From Eledone cirrhosa (taxonomy: Eukaryota), in NCBI GenBank assembly GCA_964016885.1, contig OZ024750.1, forward strand, positions 2,604,001 through 2,668,000: a stretch of 64,000 nt of DNA. Reading direction: 5' to 3'. Of this stretch, positions 1 to 11,366 are shown one piece after another. The notes below the pieces were generated by a model, which searched no databases, was not told where the DNA came from, and was given only the letters and a program-made list of their open reading frames with translations. The position numbers and the translations under genes are program-made. Each line of letters begins with the position of its first letter. Position 1 is the stretch's first letter.

Positions 1-345
1 TTCTTCTTATTTCCGAGAAGGTCGTGGGGGCAGAGTCCTCAAACACTCCCTCCAGCAGGTCCTATCAGAAGCAACTGATCAAGCTGGATCCCCAAGTGAG
101 ACCAGCCAAGCCCATTGATGTTATCCAACCATCTTGCTTAGGGTCTACCCCTGGGTCTCCTACCGGTTGGCTTTTGCCCATAAAATCTTTTCAGCAATTC
201 TTTCCTGAGACATTCTTGCCACATGTCCATAGTATTGGAGCTGTGATCTTTCAATTTGGAGAAGTAGCAGCTCTACCTGGAGTGACTCTCTCATTTCTGT
301 GCTACGTACTCTATCGAGTAATGTTACTCAAAAGACCCTTCAGAG
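1..345 (-). mobile_element. RTE-clade LINE 3' end (Expander/Rex3-like), degenerate
   Basis: Reverse complement of the copies at 5527-5755 and 24862-25212; (GAA)n-type tail at the window start. Confidence 0.7.
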
Positions 346-494
346 GAAACCCATTTTTGCCCATTTCTCAGACATAAAATAGTAGGGTCTTCTTATATTC
401 GAGTATATACGGTACATTTTCTCACATATTTGATGAACATTTTATAAAGAATCCTCTCTCTTATCCTAAAAACTCAACTGAATATTTTAAAATG

Positions 495-749
495 TTTATG
501 AATGAAGCAAAATAAATTGAGTTTCTAGGTCAATTTTTCAACAGTTATGGAAGTCCTTAAATGTAAAACTAACATCAAATTATCAAACTCTAGAAGGCAT
601 ACTGTATCTGTCAAATTTGAGTCATCAATCCTGAACTTTTTAAACCATCTTTGACATTTTCTCATATGTGGAATATCTTTGTGGTAAACTTCTTGAACTT
701 TTCACATCGCTTCAGTAGCATTACTCTCTTTATTGATCTTATTAAACAT
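495..749 (-). mobile_element. Degenerate mariner transposase N-terminal HTH fragment
   Basis: Minus strand reads MFNKINKESNATEAM*KVQEVYHKDIPHMRKCQRWFKKFRIDDSNLTD, the Mos1-type NATEA...VY...CQRWFxKFR signature, with internal stops. Confidence 0.7.
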
Positions 750-934
750 AATTTACCTAGAGTTTTCTGATTCTGCCATGTTCTAGACATTGCAAAACCC
801 AGCAAGATATGTTACCATATACCTCCTAAGTAAAATCATTGGAAATATTAAGTTTAAACAACAAAAAACACATTTAAAATTTTAATATACCAAAAAAGAC
901 TTTTCTTAAACCCTTTTGATACCAACTGCTCATT

Positions 935-1520
935 ATGATTGTTTCTCCTTTTGGCACAAGGCCAGCAATTACCCCTGGGCATCACTGGTACTTTATTTTA
1001 TTGACCCCGTCAGGATGAAAGACAAAGTTAACCTCAGTGGGATTTGAACTCAGAGCATGAAGGGCCATAACTCTATGCTACAAAGCATGGTGTATGACAC
1101 TCTACCAATACTGCCAATCCACCGCCCTTTTATAATAATGATTTCTATTCTTGGCACAAGGCCAGCAATTACCCCAGTGTATTACTGGTACTTTATTTTA
1201 TCGACCCCGTAAGGATGAAATGCAAAGTTAACCTCGGCGGGATTTGAACTCAGAATGGAAAGGGCCGTAACTCTATGCATCATAGCATGGCGTCCAACCC
1301 TCTACCGATACTGTCAATTTCTAACATAGACAAAAGGCTAGAAATTTAAATGGGGAGAGTTTATTATATCAGTTACCAGTGATTGACTGGTTTGTATTTT
1401 ATCAATCCCAGGAGGATGGAAGACAAAATTTATCTTGCGGAAACTGATCTCAGCAAAATTTGATTCCAGAGCGCGCAAACAAATAAGGCATTTAATCCGA
1501 TGTGTCAATTTGCCACTTTT
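935..1520 (-). mobile_element. Three tandem tRNA-derived SINE copies (family A)
   Basis: On the minus strand: A box TGGCAGTATCGG, B box GAGTTCAAATCC, core GCCTTTCATCCTTACGGGGTCGATAAAATAAAGTACCAG (resembles the MetaSINE Meta-domain), tail GCTGGCCTTGTGCCAAAAGTAGAAACAAT(T). Other copies: ~3465-3690, 11509-11698, 13217-13400, 14520-14680, 16060-16272, 27593-27692 (-); 24122-24176, 37649-37950, 42550-42745, 51287-51500 (+). Confidence 0.85.
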
Positions 1521-1612
1521 ATATTGAAGCTAACGGAAATATAAATAATAATATTATTAATCTACTTCATTTTGCTTTTTATTTCTTCAAACTTTCTAAT
1601 TAGTGTTTCACT

Positions 1613-1820
1613 TACTGTATATACTTGAATATAAGTTGACCCAATATTTTATGTCTGAGAAATGGGCAAAAATCCAAACCTTATTTGCGTAAAATTTGAA
1701 ATTGGTGAAAAATCATTAAAATATTGACCCTGAATATAAGACCCCCCCCCCCCTCCTCCTCCTCAACCATCAATTTTTTGGTCACATATTCTTCAGATTA
1801 TATTCAAGTTTATATGGTAA
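1613..1820. mobile_element. Tc1/mariner-superfamily MITE (Tc2/pogo-like TIRs)
   Basis: Ends TAC(C/T)GTATATACT(C/T)GAATATAAG...(C)TTATATTC(G/A)AGT(A/T)TATA(C/T)GGTA. Related copies at ~350-414, 25327-25460, 32050-32138, 35092-35288, 53195-53377. Confidence 0.75.
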
Positions 1821-4517
1821 ACTAAAGGTAGAAAGGTATTTTTATCACATCATTACATGATTTCTTTTTAGGTTAAGCATAATTTTATTCTTCAGTATGG
1901 AACTATTTCTGCAAATCATAACCTTTTACACAGCACACTTGTTATCAAGGAAATGGTAGAGTGTGTGTGGGGAGGGGGGGAGCATATTTATGATCTAGTT
2001 ATATGTTCAATGACATTCTGCTAAAATAGTTGGACTACAGACATTCTTAAATATGTTCAATAAATAAGAAAAGTGCTTTACTTGTAATATGAATGGTATT
2101 CTCACACACACACACAGGCTTCTACATGTATCTATTTATCTTTGTATATTTTTTACAGTACATACACTCACATATACATATATATGTATATAAATATATA
2201 TTAGCATGGAAAATGGACGTTAAATGATGATATATATATGAAAACAGTCTGTCTTCCATGTGAGCATGAGTTAGACGGTTTTGTCCCATTTGAGGCAAGT
2301 TTGGTCAGGTGACTGTTTCTGGCTGGTTTTCTACGGCTGGATGCCCTTCCTAATGCTAACTACATTTAGAGTGTGGACAGGGTCTTTTTGCTGTCTCTCC
2401 TACACGATATATATATATACTAAGAATAAAATGAGGTTTCACATTGAAGTTTTTATTGATTAGGCTGAGTTACAAAGGTTTCACAGATGGATGGCTCAGG
2501 ACCCATGTTAGTATTAAAGACCTGACTCTAGCCCCACTCTGCTCATTAGACTTGTTAATCAAGCAAAACCTGACGAGCAGATTGGGACTAGAGTCAGGTC
2601 TATAACATTAAGATGGATCGTGAACCACCATCTGTGAATTGTTTGTAACTGAACGTAATCAATAAATCATTATTAATCTTTGACTTTCCCTTGGACAACA
2701 TTGGTGGTGTGGAGAGGGAAGAGACTGGTATGTATGGGTGACAGCTGGTCTTCCACAAACAACCTTGCCCACACATCTGTGTCTTCCTTGGACTTTCCAA
2801 TTTCTTTGTGTGTCTTCCTTAGACTGTCTATACTGTGGGTACCTCAAAACATTCATCAATTTTTAACCCCTGACCATTTTTTTTTTGGGGGGGGGGGGGG
2901 GTTAACCTCTTCATTATTTTTTATTTAATTTTAGAAGGGGAGAATTAAAGTTTAGTAGAAAACTGTATCGAATATTCCTGTCCAATATTTTGAATTTCTT
3001 TTCTGAAACTGTGATAGTTACTATTGTTAGTTAATATATTATTGACTCTATTCCTTATGTGGTGGTTGTCTAGAATATAGTTAGGAAAATTATGAACTGA
3101 AATTCACTCATTTTAGTTGTAATTCCCAACCATATGCATAAAATGTTAATACTGTAGGCTATTCAGCTCTTCTTTAGAGAGTATTTTTACAATATTTATA
3201 GCTAGCTACATTATATTTCAGTCAGTTTGATATCAAACAAGCCAATAATTATAATGAAAAAACAAACATGTATTGCCAATATAATCCAATCTGTAATTAG
3301 AGAAAGCCTATTTTCAGAGATGCAGTTTTTTATGCCTTTTTTTCAAACATATATTAGCATATATTAACATATATTAGGCTATATGTATTAATCAAATTTT
3401 AAGGGGTTTCTATTAACAATTGATGATTATTTTCAAGGGAAACATTATTTACTTTTTCCTTTACTAATAATGGTTTCTGATTTAGGCACAAGGCCAGAAA
3501 TTTGGAGGGAGAGGAAAGTTGATTAAATCGACCCCAGTGTATTACTGGTGTTTTATTTTATCGACCCCGTAAGGATGAAAGACAAAGCTAACCTTGGCAG
3601 GATTTGAACTCAGAACGTAAAAAAGTCATAAACTCTATGCTGCAAAGCGTGTTGTCCGATGCTCTACCGATTCTACTGTCAATCCACCTAAAATGGAAAT
3701 AGTCAACTGACTATGAACAACGAAATTTGAAACAGACTCCTCGTAGTTACAAAAATATTGATAACTATTGATTTTGTTGACCTATTACTCAACAATAAAA
3801 CTGACAATAAGACAAATGACATCAGTATTTAAAAGCTTCTTTTTTCTCTTTTTTCTCTTTTTTCTCTTATCTAAATAACACAAACTATGTGCTTTGCTGT
3901 TGTTTACAAAGAATACTGTTCTCAGTTGCTTATTTCATTTCATATGATCAAAAGTGGACTCGTTTCCAATTGTAAGTGAAATAATTGATTAAAGCACTTT
4001 GAAGCTGAATCAGTACATGAAATGAGCACAAATAATTAATTTGCACTGAGTAATTAGTATAAAAGTTATTGGGTTTACATTTGTAATTGATAAATATTAA
4101 AGGTATATGTGGACTTTATGACCTTTTTACAAATGGAATATTTAAGGTAGGCTTCATTATTAAAGAGGTGATTACAGATATATCAAATAAAAACTATTGT
4201 ATATATGTCATTTTGATGGAATTGAGTTAGTCATACTTTTCATTTGATGCTCTTGTAATTGGACAAACAACAATTCACATAAGTTCTCATGAATAGTCTT
4301 ATGATCCCATTAGGGATATATTGTTGCTGTTGAACAAATTACTCTAACTTTTACTTAATTTTACCTAACATACATATACAAAGGGTGCAGATCCTTCTAT
4401 ATTCTTTCCCCCGAAACATATATACATATACACATATATACACCAGGTCCGAACACAAAAGAACCAAACTCCCACTGTCACTGCCTCTGTCCCTCTTGCC
4501 CTCCCCATCTCGCTCTC

Positions 4518-4772
4518 TGGCTATATCCAGCCAGAATTCTCTCACCTCTTTCTGTCCAAACCAGCTGTAACTGGCTGCTCAGACTGATGTTAAGGTATTG
4601 TTCTCAACATAAATAATATCAAAATATCATAGATTCGATATTATGTGAGGTAAAGTCTTTACCATGAAAATACAATAGTAAATATAGAGTAATGTAGATA
4701 TTATGTGAGGTAAAGTCTTTACCATGAAAATACAATAGTAAATATAGAGTAATGTAAATACTAAAGGGTTAA
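4518..4772. mobile_element. piggyBac-type MITE (family B), one end eroded, internal 60-bp duplication
   Basis: Same body as the complete copies; ends ...CTAAAGGG-TTAA. Confidence 0.7.
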
Positions 4773-5526
4773 AAATGTTCTAACATTGAATATATTTGAA
4801 TCCTTTTGATACAAACCTGACCAAATTTCTCTGTTGTCTCTATGCATCAAAACCACCCATTTTATAGGGTTCCTATTTAAATTACAATCTTCCAACATAA
4901 TCATATATAAGAACCATATGTTAAAAGTTAAGAGCTGAAACAGTTGCTGGGAAGAGGTCTCTCTCTGAAGACCTGTTGTCCAGCTCACCTGAGAGTTTCT
5001 TACTACTGATGGACATTTTTAATATAAATATCAATATTTTAAGATAGTGAGTTTTGTATCATAAAACCAGGGAGGTTTCAGGTGGTTTGGTATCAGCAGG
5101 GTTAAATTAGAGTAATGTAAAAGTTCTCTTTATAATTGCTGGCTATGCTTCACCTTCAAAAGAAACCATCTGTTGCAGGATATGGAAAAAAGATTCCTGA
5201 GGCTTAAGAGTGAAAATTAGCAAATTGATTTAAAATATTACCATAAATTTTTTATTTTATTTTCATTAAGATTTTAAACAGCAAATAAAAATCCCCAGAA
5301 GCATGGACTAAGATAACAAAAATTAATTAGAAAGAAGAAAGAAATATAGTTTTAAACTCAACTTAGAAAAACAAACTCTGACAATCAAGTTAGGGACCTT
5401 TTTGGCCATATTTTCATCCTTGTAGAGACCAGACAATTTAATATAAAATTAAAATTTGGATTTTTAATATAAAATGCATAAATTATAAAAACTAATTAAG
5501 CCATGATTTTTTTCATTGATTAAAAA

Positions 5527-5755
5527 GTGTGTCTCAGGAAAGAATCGTTGGACAGATTTTACAGGCAAAACCAAATGGTAGGAGACCCAATGGTAGACCC
5601 TGAGCATTAGCTTGACTGGTCTTGCTTGAGGATCCAGCTGGATCAGTTGGAGACAGTTGCTTCTGACAGGACCCACTGGAGGGAGTGTTTGAGGACTCTG
5701 TCTTCACGTCCTTCTCAGGAATAAGTGGAAGAAGAAGATGATGATGATGATGATA
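5527..5755 (+). mobile_element. RTE (Expander/Rex3-like) LINE 3' end with GAA/GAT tail
   Basis: Encodes a degenerate KPNGRRPNGRP motif; ends AATAAGTGGAAGAAGAAGATGATGATG. Confidence 0.7.
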
Positions 5756-6069
5756 TGTGCAACAAATCTTTTATTTTTTTAACTATCTCTGATACCAAAT
5801 CCAGGATAAATTTTTTTTAAAATCAACTTTATATTTATTTATATTATTATTTGATAATTTAGAGTTCAAGAAAAAAATGTAATAAATCATTATAAATAAT
5901 AGATTCTTTAAAAAATATAAACTTCTGTCTTTTTATTGTAAATGTCAAGTAGGAACTGTTCTTGTACGAACTGTTGTAAATCACGCAGAAGAATGGATTT
6001 CAACTTTTTGATTTTTGATTCAAAGTATTTAAAGTTTTGATTTTTTTTTTTAGATGATGTTTTCATAAC

Positions 6070-6365
6070 AAATCATCATCATTATCTTCATCACCTCCTC
6101 CACCACCACCACCACTCTACCAACCCTATCACCACCACCACCATCATTATGACCACTTCCACCACCATCATCATCATCATCATCATCATTATCATCATCA
6201 TCATCACCGTCATCATCATCATTGTTTAATGTTCATGCTTCCATGCTAGCATGGGTTAGACAAATTGTCCCATTGTGAGACAAGCCAGATCAGATGACCA
6301 TCTCTTGCTCATACAGAACTGTTTCTAGCTTGGTTTCTATGGCTGGATGCCCTTTCTAATGCCTA
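6070..6365 (-). mobile_element. RTE LINE 3' UTR end with expanded (CAT/CAC)n tail
   Basis: CCATGCTAGCATGG palindrome and TTTAATGT junction next to the trinucleotide tract; matches the 3' UTR of the 19691-20407 copy. Confidence 0.75.
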
Positions 6366-6579
6366 AGGGCATTTCTTTAGAACCTGGTGGAGCCCATCCC
6401 CCTCCAGGTCTGAAGTTCTGATCAATAGAAGGAGATTTGATTAAAAAGATCAACCTTAAACACAGTCGTACTTTCAATATAACTTGAAAGTTCGTTGTTT
6501 TTCTGATTCCTCGTAAAATAGAAGACGGGTGATTGATTATCTGTTGATCTTGTTGGCACAAATAACTCTTAATCTTCTA

Positions 6580-6875
6580 CATCATCATCATCATCTTCAC
6601 CATCTTCACCATCTTCACCATCACCATCATCACCATCATCACCACTACCATCACCATCATCTTCACCATCACCATCATCCCCATCATCATCTTCACCATC
6701 ATTTAACATCAGCTTTCTCTGTTAGGATTAACTATTTCACCTGATCATTCTGGGGGTGGGGTGGGGGTGGGGGTGATGGTGGGGGTGGGGGTGGGGGTGG
6801 ATGATGATGGTGATGATGGTGGTGGTGGTGGATGATGATGATGATGCTGATGCTGCTGCTGCTGCTGCTGCTGCA
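6580..6875. repeat. Facing (CAT/CAC)n and (GGT/GAT/GCT)n trinucleotide tracts
   Basis: Visible directly; source of the spurious poly-His and poly-Pro ORFs. Confidence 0.9.
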
Positions 6876-7323
6876 CCTTCTACACAACACAGCACAACAG
6901 TTCAGTTGTGATGTAATTAAATTCAATTTACTCAACTGCTGTTAGTGCAGATGTCTAAGTTGCTATAACATCAGACAACTAGCTGTGTCTGCATCCAAGA
7001 TGATTTAGCTTTCATATGCTTCAGTCCACCTAGCTGTTCATAGGTACCACCATGTAGGAATAACTGACTGTTACAAGCAGAAACATCACTAGAAAATGGA
7101 GAAATTCTTTTGTTAGGTTTCAGTGTTGAGTTTAACTCCCTTTGTAAGTGACACTTAATGAGCATAGGACTGACGCAAACTGATTTATTCTGAATATGCT
7201 GCACATTTATAGTAGTGTCTCCATAACAGCTATAATAGTAGAGCACAATATGTTAGTGCTATGGATAGATAACACACGCGTGTGTGTGTAAATACATATC
7301 TATATATCCACATATACACATAT

Positions 7324-7393
<70 letters not shown>

Positions 7394-7529
7394 TCATCAT
7401 CATCATTGTTTAACGTCTATCTTCCATGCTAGCATGGGTTTAGATGGGAATTGTCCCACTTGAGGCAAGATTGGTCGGGAGACCGTGTCTCGCTCGTATA
7501 GGACTGTCTGGCAGGTTTTCTACGGCTAA

Positions 7530-7658
7530 GTTTATCCCGGGTTCAATCGGGGGTAACCACAGTAAGTAAGGTACTCAATACAAGGCAGAGTATAAATATT
7601 TAATGTAGAAAGGCTTCTACAGGACTAGAACTGTTTCATTCTAGAGAAATCATCAGGA
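7530..7658 (-). mobile_element. TA-associated Penelope-like element fragment (family F1)
   Basis: Reverse complement of 15514-15640 (CTGATGATTTCTCTAGAATGAAACAGTTCTAGTCC...ATTGAGTACC). Confidence 0.6.
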
Positions 7659-7668
7659 ATATATATAT

Positions 7669-8088
7669 ACAGTAGTCCAGGGGTTATGTTCCTAGAGCAC
7701 CTGCGAAGAGTGAACGTGGTCTATAAAAATGGCTATAAATCGTCAAAATATAACATAAAATATAATTTTAAAAAAAGAGGGAGCGTCTTATGTGAAGGGG
7801 CGTCCAATAGACCGGCAAATACAGTATATTATATTATATTGTTGTTATATTATATTGTTATATTGTTGTTATATTGTTGTTATATTATATTGTTATATTG
7901 TTGTTAATAATTTAGTGTTAAAAAAATATATATTGCCACAAAAAAGCCATTTTAAAAATCACAGAAGAGAAGATATTTACGATTCTGCAAATATGGGGTG
8001 GTTTCCATGGATAATTATTAGTTAGGTTCTGAGGCAAATTCAGTGAATAACTGGGACCACAAAAGCCGGGGGGGGGGGGTATACTGTG
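7669..8088. mobile_element. Tigger/pogo-like MITE remnant
   Basis: Starts TA-CAGTAGTCC..GGGGTTATGTTCC and ends GGGGGGTATACTG (CAGTA...TACTG termini). Confidence 0.45.
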
Positions 8089-8122
8089 TGAATATGTATA
8101 CATATATATATATATATATATG

Positions 8123-8448
8123 TATTATAATAAAATAACAGGAGGCTGGACTTGTGTAAATCCTTGAAAGGTTTATTATACTATGATCATTTCAATGACC
8201 TGATGATATCACTGGATTCAAACGGAACCTGGTCATTGAAATGATCATAGTATAATAAACCTTTCAAGGATTTACACAAGTCCAGCCTCCTGTTATTTTA
8301 TTATAATAATTAACTCCGTACTCGCACCACCAACTACAAAAACGAAGACGGTTGAACTGCTTTACGTTGAGTACTCTCCATATTATTACATTAAGATTGA
8401 CCATACAGAATGACCAGCTCTACCCAGTGGTGAACCTTCAAACCTAAA
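8123..8448 (+). mobile_element. Fold-back element in (TA)n: perfect 78-bp inverted repeat plus body (family F2)
   Basis: Arms 8123-8200 and 8231-8308 are exact reverse complements with a 30-bp spacer; TTGAGTACTC at 8367-8376; (TA)n on both sides. Confidence 0.75.
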
Positions 8449-8680
8449 TATATATATGTATTTAGGTTCATACCCAATATTATTTACATATATATATATA
8501 TCTATATGTGGTCGGCTGCTGAGAAAAAGGAGTGCTCAATACGAAAGTAGAGTTTTAATCTTCATTTTTGGCAGCTTGACCCTCCCAAAGTATAACAATA
8601 TATAATATAATATAACCTATGTCGTCCACCTTTCAGTCTTGATCAGAGGACATAATACCATTAGATCTAGTGATATGCCT

Positions 8681-9620
8681 TATTATAAGGTCACACTAAG
8701 TTCTTGATAGGCCCTATTATAAGGTCACACTAAGTTCTTGATAGGCCCTATTATAAGGTTACACTAAGTTCTTGATAGGCCCTATTATAAGGTTACACTA
8801 AGTTCTTGATAGTGTGACCTTATAATAGGGCCTATCAAGAACTTAGTGTAACCTTATAATAGGGCCTATCAAGAACTTAGTGTAACCTTATAATAGGGCC
8901 TATCAAGAACTTAGTGTGACCTTATAATAGGGCCTATCAAGAACTTAGTGTGACCTTATAATAGGGCCTAAGTTCTTGATAGGCCCTATTATAAGGTCAC
9001 ACTAAGTTCTTGATAGGCCCTATTATAAGGTTACACTAAGTTCTTGATAGGCCCTATTATAAGGTCACACTAAGTTCTTGATAGGCCCTATTATAAGGTT
9101 ACACTAAGTTCTTGATAGGCCCTATTATAAGGTTACACTAAGTTCTTGATAGGCCCTATTATAAGGTTACACTAAGTTCTTGATAGGCCCTATTATAAGG
9201 TTACACTAAGTTCTTGATAGGCCCTATTATAAGGTCACACTAAGTTCTTGATAGGCCCTATTATAAGGTTACACTAAGTTCTTGATAGGCCCTATTATAA
9301 GGTTACACTAAGTTCTTGATAGGCCCTATTATAAGGTTACACTAAGTTCTTGATAGGCCCTATTATAAGGTCACACTAAGTTCTTGATAGGCCCTATTAT
9401 AAGGTTACACTAAGTTCTTGATAGGCCCTATTATAAGGTTACACTAAGTTCTTGATAGGCCCTATTATAAGGTTACACTAAGTTCTTGATAGGCCCTATT
9501 ATAAGGTTACACTAAGTTCTTGATAGGCCCTATTATAAGGTCACACTAAGTTCTTGATAGGCCCTATTATAAGGTTACACTAAGTTCTTGATAGGCCCTA
9601 TTATAAGGTCACACTAAGTT
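8681..9620. repeat. 34-bp minisatellite (~27 units) with an internal inverted block
   Basis: Unit TATTATAAGGT(C/T)ACACTAAGTTCTTGATAGGCCC; ~8811-8970 is in the opposite orientation. Confidence 0.95.
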
Positions 9621-10192
9621 ATTGGTGGACTGTGTTTGTAAATCTAATTTTCCATTTACACTTGGAATATTTTTTTTCTTCTGTTAATGTTTGTGGGAAA
9701 GTCATGAACATCATGACTTCACTATATCCATCATCGTATAATTGTTTAACGTATTCTTTCAAGTACTGCATGTATTTGTGTATAACGCGCAACCCCTTAT
9801 GGACCAGAAAAATGTCTAGTTATTATGTATACCACACATCCCCGCCAAAATAAAACTGTGCAGTATATTAGCAGAATATGGTAGTTATAGTTATACTGTG
9901 CTAGTCCTTGGAATAGTACATGTGATTGCAATGTGATGTTGCTGTTTTTCCACTGATATGTCTTAAGATCATATCAGCTGCAGTTTCTGGAGACACCAAC
10001 CTAAGTGACAGTAGAAATAGCTGTGACAATATTAATACAACTAGCTTAATCGTTGCTGCTTATAGCTTTCTCTGCTGTAAGTGTATTATTACTAAACAGA
10101 TGGTGCTACAAAGAAAGGTGACTGCTATACAAACATACACAATACATATGTGCATATGTACGTACATACAACATGCATACACATACACACAC

Positions 10193-10258
<66 letters not shown>

Positions 10259-10544
10259 TTATTATGTATGTAAAAAGTAAATAGAAATAACTAAGCAAAT
10301 GACACAGTAGAATGAATAAATATATTAGTTTAACGCTTGAAATAATAGGCAAAGAGTATTTACGTTTCAGACACTAGTCCTTCACCGGAAGATAGAATGA
10401 GAAATAATAGATGAAATAGAAAGATAAAGTGTGAGAAGAGGAAGGAACAGAAAAAAAAAAAAAACATGCATATTCAGCCATATTTATTTATTTATTGTAA
10501 AATTAACTTTGTTGAATAATCAACAAACCATATAACTCATTGTT

Positions 10545-10614
<70 letters not shown>

Positions 10615-10678
10615 CATATATCTATATACATTATATATACATATATCTATATACATTATCTATACTTTTATTCCTATA

Positions 10679-10720
<42 letters not shown>

Positions 10721-10791
10721 GGAATAAAAGTATAGATAATCCGAATAAGGTGAAACAATTGTTCTTGGTATCTAACTGCTGTGGAACTACT

Positions 10792-10841
<50 letters not shown>

Positions 10842-10862
10842 CATATATATATGTATATATAT

Positions 10863-11052
10863 ATGAAAAGATTCAGGACCCCGACAGCTGAGCTCTGGCC
10901 ATTTTGACAGCTAGATCCGAATCTACCTGTCGAAATGGCCGGAGCTCAGCCGTCGGGGTCCTGAATATTTTCATGTTACCCACTCTACTACTCCAAGTAT
11001 TGAGTACTCTGGTTGGGTATGGTCCACCTGGTATTTTACCACACCCTATCTG
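10863..11052 (+). mobile_element. Fold-back element in (TA)n: 54-bp arms, 4-nt loop (family F4)
   Basis: Arms 10863-10916 and 10921-10974 (5 mismatches); ATTGAGTACTC at 10999-11009; related fragment at 49981-50040. Confidence 0.7.
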
Positions 11053-11366
11053 ATATATATATATACAATGAACATTTTGCTTCTAGTAACATGATTTGGT
11101 TACGGGCCTTTCCTTGTTTGTTTAAATGTTGTTTTCTTTTATGTCATGTAATAGAATCTGACATGTATTTTCTTCTAATTTCACACAACAAAGCACTCAA
11201 TATTATTGATTTGCTAACATTAATAGTGCAAATGGCACTTGCAGTAATATGCTCATCTCTTACCAAATAACACATCTGAAAACTTGCTAACAACTGCTTC
11301 CATATCCACAAACATCATATATTCCATTTTTCATCAACTCTTATGAGTTTGAATTTAAATATAATT

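Noticed and set aside
4930-5010. Minus-strand exon MSISSKKLS with CAG|gtgagc donor
   Set aside because: A similar sequence recurs at ~23545-23625, so it is a dispersed repeat.
6971-7246. 91-aa minus-strand ORF in non-repetitive DNA
   Set aside because: No recognisable homology, a non-ATG start and no supporting splice partners.
8681-9620. CRISPR-like array of 34-bp repeats
   Set aside because: No unique spacers, eukaryotic context and no cas genes; it is a tandem satellite.
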